Shown here: in pieces, positions 9,096-16,512 of the stretch
Position numbering within the stretch: position 1 is the stretch's first letter
Layout of the letters: each line of letters starts with the position of its first letter
Assembly: GCA_024276335.1 (NCBI GenBank)
Contig: JAJRXL010000181.1
Location: forward strand, 1-32,598
Length of the DNA stretch: 32,598 bases
Origin: Bacteroidota bacterium
GTDB taxonomy: Bacteria; Bacteroidota; Ignavibacteria; SZUA-365; JAADGX01
Reading direction: 5' to 3'
Made by a program: the position numbers and the translations under genes
The notes under the pieces: model-generated
Databases searched by the model: none
Told to the model about the DNA's origin: nothing
What the model saw: the letters and a program-made list of their open reading frames with translations, nothing else

Positions 9096-10127
9096 TTACC
9101 TTTGGATCCTGCCGCTTCCACCCGTGGCCAGAAGGGCCAGGATTTCACGCGGGTTGATCAACGGAAAATCGCCCCGAACCGCGTGCTTCAAGCAGGACGC
9201 AGCCACGGCAAACTCCAGGGCTTCCTCGGCCGGCTGTTCCCGAACGAGTCCATGGATCAGGCCGGCGCTGAATGCATCTCCTCCGCCAACGCGGTCAAGC
9301 ACGTGGATGTCGTATTTCCGGCTACAGTAATAGCGTTGCCCGTCCCACGCAACCGCCGACCAGGTATTGTCGGAGGCGGAAGCGCTCTCCCGCAGGGTGA
9401 TTGCAACGAGTTTCAGCGAGGGGAATTTCCGCATCATCGTTTCCGCGACCCGCCGGTAATCCTCTACTGCAAGCTTGCCGGATTCAATGTCGGTATCCCC
9501 GGCCTTGATGCCGAACACGGACTCGATATCCTCTTCGTTCGATACCAGGACGTCGGTGTATTCCAGCACGCCGGAAAGGACTTCGCCCGCTTTTTCCGGG
9601 GGCCACAATTTCTTCCGGTAATTAAGATCAAGACTGACCGCAATACCCTCGTGATGAGCGTAATGTACGGCCTCCATGACGGCATCGGTCACGTTATCGC
9701 CCAGGGCAGGTGTGATCCCGCTGACGTGAAACCATGACGCGTCGTTCAAGATTTCCCGCCATTCGAAGAGGGAGGATGATAACCGGGAGAAAGCGGAACC
9801 GGCGCGATTGTATATGACCTTCGACGGGCGCTGGGAATAACCGGCCTCCAGGAAGTACACCCCCATCCGGTGCGAGGAGCGAAACACGTAATCCGTTCTC
9901 ACCCCGTACCTGCGGAGTTCATTCTCCGCGGCATCACCTCGTTCATCCTCCGGCAATACCGTAACGAAATACGCATCGTCTCCGAGTTGTGAAAGCCCCA
10001 CCGCCACGTTTGCTTCGGCCCCGCCAAACGACAACTCCAATGCTCCGGCCTGGACGAGCCGCTTGTGCGCGGGCGGACACAACCTCATCATCAATTCACC
10101 GAAGGTAACGATTTTCATATCCTTCAC
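9096..10127 (-). CDS. kdgK: 2-dehydro-3-deoxygluconokinase (PfkB family)
   Basis: 343 aa. The N-terminus FGELMMRL...FGGAEANVAVGLSQLG is typical of KDG kinases. Also has the PfkB C-terminal motif VGGGDAFSAGLIHG. Adjacent to eda. Confidence 0.85.
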   Translation of the reverse strand: MKDMKIVTFGELMMRLCPPAHKRLVQAGALELSFGGAEANVAVGLSQLGDDAYFVTVLPEDERGDAAENELRRYGVRTDYVFRSSHRMGVYFLEAGYSQRPSKVIYNRAGSAFSRLSSSLFEWREILNDASWFHVSGITPALGDNVTDAVMEAVHYAHHEGIAVSLDLNYRKKLWPPEKAGEVLSGVLEYTDVLVSNEEDIESVFGIKAGDTDIESGKLAVEDYRRVAETMMRKFPSLKLVAITLRESASASDNTWSAVAWDGQRYYCSRKYDIHVLDRVGGGDAFSAGLIHGLVREQPAEEALEFAVAASCLKHAVRGDFPLINPREILALLATGGSGRIQR

Positions 10128-10154
10128 GACCTTCTCCTTCGTTTTTCAAAACAC

Positions 10155-10805
10155 TCATTTCCCGGATGCCTGGTCTTTCAAGCTTGAAACAAGCCGGAAG
10201 GCACGTTCGGTTATTATCCGGTAATCGGCTCTTTCCACGGCGTTTCTATCCACGAGATCGGTCCCAACCGCAACGGCCGTGGCGCCCGCTTCGATCCACG
10301 CGGCGGCATTCTCAACCGTGACCCCGCCGGTCGGCACCAGTTTCACACCCGGAAGCGGACCGTGGATGTTCCTGAGAAACGAAGCACCCAACAAGCCCGC
10401 CGGAAAAACCTTGACCGCGTCAGCGCCCGATTTCCATGCCGCGTGAATCTCGGTCGGCGTGAAGCATCCGGGTATTACGACGGTATTCTGCTCGATACAT
10501 TTCTGGACGACCTCACGCATAAAAACAGGGCTGACGATAAATCGGGCGCCCGCTTCAATAGCGCGGGACGCGGTCGCCGCATCCAGCACTGTCCCCGCCC
10601 CGAGCACGACGTTGTTTTCGACGCATCCGTCCAGTTCGGCAATCGCTTCGATGGCTCCGGGAACGGTCATCGTTATTTCAACGCACCGGATACCGCCCGC
10701 TACCAGGGCCTCGACCACGGCCAACAACTTTTCCTTTTCCCTGAGGCGGATCACCGCGATGGCTTTCTCGACTTCGATGATACGGAAGGTTTCTTCTCTG
10801 CTCAT
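10155..10805 (-). CDS. eda: KDPG / 4-hydroxy-2-oxoglutarate aldolase
   Basis: Family motifs: AIAVIRL, GGIRCVEITMTVPGA, LGAGTVL, FIVSP, IPGCFTPTE, VKVFPA, VPTGGV. The start is set at ATG 10803-10805 (MSREETF...), because the track start at 10883 would overlap the upstream GH88 gene by 62 nt. Confidence 0.88.
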   Translation of the reverse strand: MSREETFRIIEVEKAIAVIRLREKEKLLAVVEALVAGGIRCVEITMTVPGAIEAIAELDGCVENNVVLGAGTVLDAATASRAIEAGARFIVSPVFMREVVQKCIEQNTVVIPGCFTPTEIHAAWKSGADAVKVFPAGLLGASFLRNIHGPLPGVKLVPTGGVTVENAAAWIEAGATAVAVGTDLVDRNAVERADYRIITERAFRLVSSLKDQASGK

Positions 10806-10821
10806 GTTATCAAGACGATGG

Positions 10822-12219
10822 TCACTCCTGACCACTTGTGCGGGGATCGATGAAAAACATGTAATAGGGCTCCCGCCGCGCAATACGCAGTATCAACAGG
10901 CCCAGTTCAAGCGCGTGGTAATCCCCCCACATCGAGGATTCGCCGCACGGGACGAGATGACTCCCGGGAATATAGTCCCACCCGGCCGGCCGGTGGTACA
11001 CCGAGTGCAGAACAAGTCCCTGGTGACCGGGATCCCTCGAGAGGTACGGGTCGTCGAATACATGCCGGGCGACGGTAAGACCAGCCCCGTAGTATTGCTC
11101 TCCCTCCATGTCCCCTTTCTGCTGCAAGTATCTTCCCAGCCTGATCAATCCCTGGGCGGCAATGACCGCAGCGGAACTGTCCACGGGTTCGAACGCATTG
11201 AACGGCTGCGAGGGCCGATCGAGATAATCCCCGAGCTCCGCCAGCCCGGGGGCCCCCGTATCCCAGTACGGTATTCCGTCACGCGGCGTGTTCGCGATGT
11301 AATAATCGGCCACGGCACGCGCCGTCTCTTCGAATCGCCGGAGGACCCGGCCTTTTTCATACAACGGTTCGAATTCGCTACACGGCAGCGTTTGAAGGAA
11401 TTCAAGCTGTTCCGCGTAGCCGCAGAGAATCCACGCCAGACCCCGCATCCACGTGCTGAACGGCGAATACCCCTGCTGCGTGCCGGGACAACGATACGCG
11501 CCGGTTTTGACGTTGAAGATGGACTCGTGCGCAACCCGTCCCCGGGTATCGTAATAATCCCTACCTGTCCCGAAATAAACGGCATACTTGGCCGTGGTCT
11601 CGGCATGAGCAATAAGCCGGTGGAGGAGGTTCACTTCTTCCTCCTGTTCGCCCTTGAGGACGTGCCCGAGCTGATGCGCAAGCGCCAGTGACCGGAGGGA
11701 TCGGATAGTATCGGCAAAAAGCGAATGGGGACCGTTGAAGGAATAAACGAATCCGTCGGTGCTCCCCAGAGACGTCCAGCGTGCCGCCTGGACCGCGCCG
11801 CTTACTTTCAATGCCAGCTCGCAGGCGCGCCTTTCACCGCTGTCGTCGGAAACGGCGCCTTCATGCATCAATCGCAGGATCGCTCCGTACGTGCTGATGA
11901 TAGTGAAACCATGATCGTGGACACCCGTGTGACTGACGTGTTTTGCCATGTGCTTCCGTGTTTGCTCCCGGCCGATTTCGAAGAACTCCCGGTTGCCCGT
12001 GGCATCAAACAGCAGCAACGCCGAACCGTACAGGAATCCCTGTGTCCATTCCGTCCAGCCCCGCTGCGTGTACTTCCCCCGCACCGTGTACACCGGGCCG
12101 CCTTTTTCCCCGGGCCATGCCGATATCAACGACGGTATCTTATCCGCCGCAAGTTCGTATAGCGACTCGACGGCAGTAACGAGGTCGCGCTCCTGAATTG
12201 TGCGGTCAATCTTCAACAT
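10822..12219 (-). CDS. GH88-like unsaturated glucuronyl (uronyl) hydrolase, (alpha/alpha)6 barrel
   Basis: 465 aa. GH88-type motif series: WTEWTQGFLYGS, GVHDHGF (HDxGF catalytic-Asp context), FSTWMRGLAW, VDSSAAVIAAQGL, GESSMWGDYHALELGL. Its neighbours are SDR, eda and kdgK, which fits uronate catabolism. Confidence 0.75.
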   Translation of the reverse strand: MLKIDRTIQERDLVTAVESLYELAADKIPSLISAWPGEKGGPVYTVRGKYTQRGWTEWTQGFLYGSALLLFDATGNREFFEIGREQTRKHMAKHVSHTGVHDHGFTIISTYGAILRLMHEGAVSDDSGERRACELALKVSGAVQAARWTSLGSTDGFVYSFNGPHSLFADTIRSLRSLALAHQLGHVLKGEQEEEVNLLHRLIAHAETTAKYAVYFGTGRDYYDTRGRVAHESIFNVKTGAYRCPGTQQGYSPFSTWMRGLAWILCGYAEQLEFLQTLPCSEFEPLYEKGRVLRRFEETARAVADYYIANTPRDGIPYWDTGAPGLAELGDYLDRPSQPFNAFEPVDSSAAVIAAQGLIRLGRYLQQKGDMEGEQYYGAGLTVARHVFDDPYLSRDPGHQGLVLHSVYHRPAGWDYIPGSHLVPCGESSMWGDYHALELGLLILRIARREPYYMFFIDPRTSGQE

Positions 12220-12240
12220 GGCTCGCGTCTCATGATAAGG

Positions 12241-13035
12241 CTATAATTGCTGAACGTGTAATCCGCCATCGACGTGGATGACGGCTCCGGTCGAAAAAGG
12301 CAACGCGCCGTTCAAAACGGCAACGACCGCTTTCCCGACGTCTTCCGGTGTTCCCCACCGTTCCTGCGGAACCAATCCCCCCGTGATCAGAGCATCGTAT
12401 TTCTCCCTGACATTCTTTGTCATGTCGGTACTCATGATGCCGGGGCGCAGTTCATACACGCTGATCCCGGCTTCCGCCAGGCGCAAAGCCCAGAGCTTGG
12501 TAACCATGGACAATCCCGACTTCGATATGCAGTACTCAGCGCGGCTGGGTGACGCCATCTCTGCTGAGACCGAGGATATGTTAACGATCTTGAACCCGTC
12601 CGCCAGGAGAGGCGACGGTTTTTCCACGATCCAGTAGTTCGCAACGCGTTGGGAAAGAAAGAACGGGGCCACGAGGTTTACGTCAAGTACTTCCATGAAC
12701 GAATCCAGACTGGTCCCGGTGATGTCCTTCCGCTCCCGCGGCGCAATACCGGCATTGTTGACAAGCGCATCAATACGACCGAATGATTCCCGAACCTGCT
12801 GTATCAATGCGCCACGCCCCTCGGCGGTCGCCACGTTCGCTTTTATCGCCCTGAAAACCTGGCCATCATTCACCCTGCTCCGCTCACACAAGGCGACCGA
12901 TTTCTTCGCAGCGTTTTCGTCGGTGTTGAAATTAACGGCAACGGAATATCCCTGCCGCGCACAGTGAACGGCGATGCTTCTGCCCAATCCCCGGCTTGCC
13001 CCGGTTATAAGTATGACGGCGTCTTTCGTTGTCAT
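12241..13035 (-). CDS. Short-chain dehydrogenase/reductase (possible KduD/DhuD-like role)
   Basis: 264 aa. TGASRGLGRSIA (TGxxxGxG), NNAG, a Ser in NISSVS, and the YxxxK motif as YCISK. Confidence 0.85.
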   Translation of the reverse strand: MTTKDAVILITGASRGLGRSIAVHCARQGYSVAVNFNTDENAAKKSVALCERSRVNDGQVFRAIKANVATAEGRGALIQQVRESFGRIDALVNNAGIAPRERKDITGTSLDSFMEVLDVNLVAPFFLSQRVANYWIVEKPSPLLADGFKIVNISSVSAEMASPSRAEYCISKSGLSMVTKLWALRLAEAGISVYELRPGIMSTDMTKNVREKYDALITGGLVPQERWGTPEDVGKAVVAVLNGALPFSTGAVIHVDGGLHVQQL

Positions 13036-13073
13036 GCGATTTAGCGACTTACTTCTTATCTAACGACACGACT

Positions 13074-14099
13074 TCACCCCCCCGTTGACCAGACTTCATC
13101 GACCTTTACCGTCCTGCCCCCCTCCACCGACTTCTTCATTGCTTCAACGACGGCGACGTTACGGAGCGCCGTTGCCGCGTCCACCTCGGGCCTCCCGTCA
13201 TGCAGGATGCATTCCGCGAACTCCCGCAGTTCACTGATAAAACTCGCGTGCGGCGACTCACCAGCAGGGATGATTTCTTCTTCGAGACCGAAGTCACCGG
13301 TGGAAATCACCGCCAGCGAATCCTCGCGGCAAACAAGGTTTGCTCTCGTGCCGAACACCGTGACCTCGAACGTGGGAGGAACAACGTAGTGCGCATGCAA
13401 CGTACCGGTAACGCCGTTGTCGAACCTCATTACGCTCACCGTACTGTCAACGACATCGCTCCCAGCTTCATCTTTCATGACTGCGGACCTGGCGAAACAG
13501 CAGACCTCATCGATCGTGGAGACGAGGTACTGCAAAACGTCAACGAAATGTATGCCGAGTTGCGGCAACGGCATAAGCGGGCACAGGTGTGGATCGAGTT
13601 TCCAGGAGGGCACAGCCGCGCGCAGCCCGGCATCGTAAGAAAAATGCGCGTGGCAACTGACGATGCGACCGAGCGCTCCCCGATCGATGATCTCACGGGC
13701 TTTGCGGAAGACCTTGCGTTTGCGCGTATTGTGTCCGACCTGCAAAACCGCCTTCGTTCGATCGAGAGAATCGATAATCTCCTTCCCTTCGGCGACATCC
13801 GACGCGAGCGGTTTCTCAACGAACACGTGCTTTCCGACGGCCAGCGCCTTGCGAATCTGCTTACCGTGGAGGTGATTCGGTGTTACCAGGACGACGGCAT
13901 CAATCCCGGCGGCAAGGAGGTCTTCAAAGGAATCTGCCGGAGCACAACCGAATTCTTCGCTCGTTTGCCGCACGGCATCCGTATCGACATCAAAACAGGA
14001 TACCAGCGTCAGCAGATCGCACTCGCGGATCGCCCTGACCATGGTACGGCCGTGATTCTTGACTCCGGCGATTCCGACCTTGACATTATCCGTGCTCAC
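13074..14099 (-). CDS. Gfo/Idh/MocA-family oxidoreductase
   Basis: Rossmann N-terminus VKVGIAGVKNHGRTMV and FVEKPLA motif. The track ORF extends to 14222, but that overlaps the upstream gene by 64 nt and no other start codon lies in between. GTG at 14097-14099 places the start a few residues before beta-1, as is usual for this family. Confidence 0.8.
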   Translation of the reverse strand: MSTDNVKVGIAGVKNHGRTMVRAIRECDLLTLVSCFDVDTDAVRQTSEEFGCAPADSFEDLLAAGIDAVVLVTPNHLHGKQIRKALAVGKHVFVEKPLASDVAEGKEIIDSLDRTKAVLQVGHNTRKRKVFRKAREIIDRGALGRIVSCHAHFSYDAGLRAAVPSWKLDPHLCPLMPLPQLGIHFVDVLQYLVSTIDEVCCFARSAVMKDEAGSDVVDSTVSVMRFDNGVTGTLHAHYVVPPTFEVTVFGTRANLVCREDSLAVISTGDFGLEEEIIPAGESPHASFISELREFAECILHDGRPEVDAATALRNVAVVEAMKKSVEGGRTVKVDEVWSTGG

Positions 14100-14158
14100 T
14101 CTCGTCAGTTTCCCTGGGGTGAATAAACATGTTCGACTCCGATGTATCTTCGGGCCAT

Positions 14159-15595
14159 TTACGTTCGCTTGCGAAGATATTCCTTGTACAACTCCGCGTA
14201 CAACTTGTCGCGCGGTACACAACCGGTGGGGTACTGCCCCCTCTCCGTGTCTTTCGCCTTCATCAAATCAGTGCAAAAGCTGGCTGTGATGCAAACGCGT
14301 TTTGTATCGATCGTGCCTCCACGAAGAGCATCCCGTACCATGTCCGGGTACGCAAGCGCCGCCCGGCCTATGCCGACAATTGTCACACGTTTCCTGCGCA
14401 GGTTCGCTTCCGCCGCGGGAAGAAGGAATCCCTGCAGCCAGCTGTAGCCGGTCCCGACGATCGCCATGTCGGGAAGCGCTTCCCGGATCGCGCCGGTGAT
14501 GCGAAAATGCCGATCCACGCCGATTAAAGGATGTTCCGGTGCTATGTACGATCCTTCCGAAGGCCGCTCGTAAGGCCTGCCGATATGCGGGTTGAAGTAC
14601 GGACTGCCCAGCGATACGTTCACCATGCGCACGCCCAGGTTTTTCATTAACCGTACCAGTTCGATAGGCTCGGAAAGGTCTTCCCGAAACGGATCATTTT
14701 CATCGACGCCGAAGCCATAATGGTAAGGCAGGGAAAGCGGAACGGGAACGCCGATGCCGCTCTCCGGGTCGCGACGGTAGGGGACGCCGTCGTAAGCGTT
14801 GATACGTGAAGCAAGGATAACCTTTCCTCCGAGCGTATCGCTGATTTTCGTCAGCACGTTCCGTATGAACCGGGTCCTGTTCCGGAAGCTCCCGCCATAC
14901 TTGCCGGGACGGTTCTTCGCTCCCAGCAATTCACCGGGGAGATAGGTGTGGCATTGCTTGATGTCGATGAAATCGAACCCCGCCCGTGCGGCCAACTCTG
15001 CCGCGCGAACGAAAGCGTCTTCCAGCGTGGCGAGTTCATCATCGGAAACCAGGGGGTAATCGGGGGGGATGGATCCCCGCCCGTTCTTGTTCAACCGGGT
15101 AATCGTATCAAGGTACGGATGATGACAGGCGATGACGGGCCGTCGGCAACTGTATCGCCCCGAGTGGGTCAATTGAATGCCGACCATCAGGTCGGCCTCC
15201 GAACCGAACGCTTCCCGGTGCGCCTTTCTCGTGGCGCTCAGAAGCTCTGCGAACGCCTGCAGGTTCCTCTCGCACAGGTACAACTGCCTCGGGTTCCCTC
15301 TCCCCTCTTCGACAACCGCCGTCGCTTCACCCCATATCAGCTTGGCTCCGCCCGCACCAAAACGTCTCCAGCGGCGAAACGTCAGGTCGCCCGGCCTGCC
15401 GTCGAGTGTCCCGTCACAGCCTTCCATGGGGTGAAAGGCCAGGGCGTTGCCCAATTTCCTCCCCCCGATGAAAACCGGCTCGAACACCTCCTCCAGTTCT
15501 CTTTCCAATGTGATGTCCAGGCCCAGTCGCTCAATCTCCAGAGCGATATCCTCAAGGGACCTGTACGTGAAATGCCTGGGAAAACGTGTCGCCAT
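14159..15595 (-). CDS. Old-Yellow-Enzyme-family FMN oxidoreductase (NADH:flavin oxidoreductase) with extra N- and C-terminal segments
   Basis: 478 aa. Oxidored_FMN-type motifs: AFHPMEGCDG, VGIQLTHSGRY, GFDFIDIKQCHTYL, GIGRAALAYPD. About 40 extra N-terminal residues, plus a C-terminal tail with three Cys (CITASFC...GC). Confidence 0.75.
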   Translation of the reverse strand: MATRFPRHFTYRSLEDIALEIERLGLDITLERELEEVFEPVFIGGRKLGNALAFHPMEGCDGTLDGRPGDLTFRRWRRFGAGGAKLIWGEATAVVEEGRGNPRQLYLCERNLQAFAELLSATRKAHREAFGSEADLMVGIQLTHSGRYSCRRPVIACHHPYLDTITRLNKNGRGSIPPDYPLVSDDELATLEDAFVRAAELAARAGFDFIDIKQCHTYLPGELLGAKNRPGKYGGSFRNRTRFIRNVLTKISDTLGGKVILASRINAYDGVPYRRDPESGIGVPVPLSLPYHYGFGVDENDPFREDLSEPIELVRLMKNLGVRMVNVSLGSPYFNPHIGRPYERPSEGSYIAPEHPLIGVDRHFRITGAIREALPDMAIVGTGYSWLQGFLLPAAEANLRRKRVTIVGIGRAALAYPDMVRDALRGGTIDTKRVCITASFCTDLMKAKDTERGQYPTGCVPRDKLYAELYKEYLRKRT

Positions 15596-15642
15596 GAATC
15601 AGAATCAATATAAAGTGATGATGTGATGATTGCGAAAGCGCG

Positions 15643-16512
15643 TCATGACCGGGTTTCTTCCTTATCATCCAGTGAAGTCTGTCTCTCTTGTCCGCGAAGA
15701 ATATCGTCCAACATCCGCCGCAATGTTTCAATGTTTCGCCGCGACTTCTCCACGAGCGGCGGGCAGTGCGTTTCGACGGTAACGTGACGAACCACGCCGT
15801 CATTGATCAGTGAGGCCAGTTGCGACCGCCAGTCGATGCGCCCTTCACCAACGGGAACACATTCCACCAGCGCTCCCCTGACCGTGTCTTTGACGTGGAC
15901 GTTGACGATGTACTTCCTGAGCGCTCGATATCCATCAGGGTACGGCTCTTCTCCCGTTCCCACGGCATTCGCAGGATCCCAGTTGGCCCTCAGCCCGGGC
16001 GAATCGACGTCGGCGAGGAGCTGCGCCGTGTGGCTCCCGGAGTCGCACCAGAAACCCGGTTCGTTCTCGACGGCAATGGTGATGCCCGCCCGTACGGCAG
16101 CTTCGGCCACCTGTCGCATCCTCTCCACGACGACCTGTCGTTCCCCGGACTGTTGATTCCCCTCGCGTTGAAAACCGAACACGATGATCATGGGCGCGCC
16201 GAGTTCACGGGCAATTTCAATGGTCCGTGGCAAGCCGTCCTGTATCTGCCGGTCGATTTCTTTTCGATCGGAAACCGGGAGCTTGAAGAACCCGGGCGAA
16301 AGAGCGGTCACCGTTATTGTTCCATCGCGCACGAACGACCGGATAAGCCGCAAGTCATTCCCGTCAGTGTACGGGATCCTGCCGGAAGCAACCGACCGGA
16401 TTTCGTAGCGTGATACGCCCCAGGACAACCCCGTCTTCACCGCATCGGAAAAAGCCAGCGCTATTTCATCGGAGACAATTCCAATTTCGATATTCGCAGA
16501 CGAAGGATTCAT
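15643..16512 (-). CDS. Xylose-isomerase-like TIM-barrel protein (sugar phosphate isomerase/epimerase, AP_endonuc_2 fold)
   Basis: 289 aa. Typical motif series: IEIGIVSDE, GAPMIIVFG, ITIAVENEPGFWCDS, RANWDPANA, VNVHVKD. Its ATG overlaps the GH38 stop (ATGA at 16509-16512). Confidence 0.8.
   Translation of the reverse strand: MNPSSANIEIGIVSDEIALAFSDAVKTGLSWGVSRYEIRSVASGRIPYTDGNDLRLIRSFVRDGTITVTALSPGFFKLPVSDRKEIDRQIQDGLPRTIEIARELGAPMIIVFGFQREGNQQSGERQVVVERMRQVAEAAVRAGITIAVENEPGFWCDSGSHTAQLLADVDSPGLRANWDPANAVGTGEEPYPDGYRALRKYIVNVHVKDTVRGALVECVPVGEGRIDWRSQLASLINDGVVRHVTVETHCPPLVEKSRRNIETLRRMLDDILRGQERQTSLDDKEETRS

Noticed and set aside
10806-10883. Upstream extension of the eda ORF (MRGGSPITCFSS...)
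   Set aside because: It would overlap the GH88 gene by 62 nt and adds residues that are not part of the aldolase fold. The internal ATG at 10805 gives a normal-length Eda.
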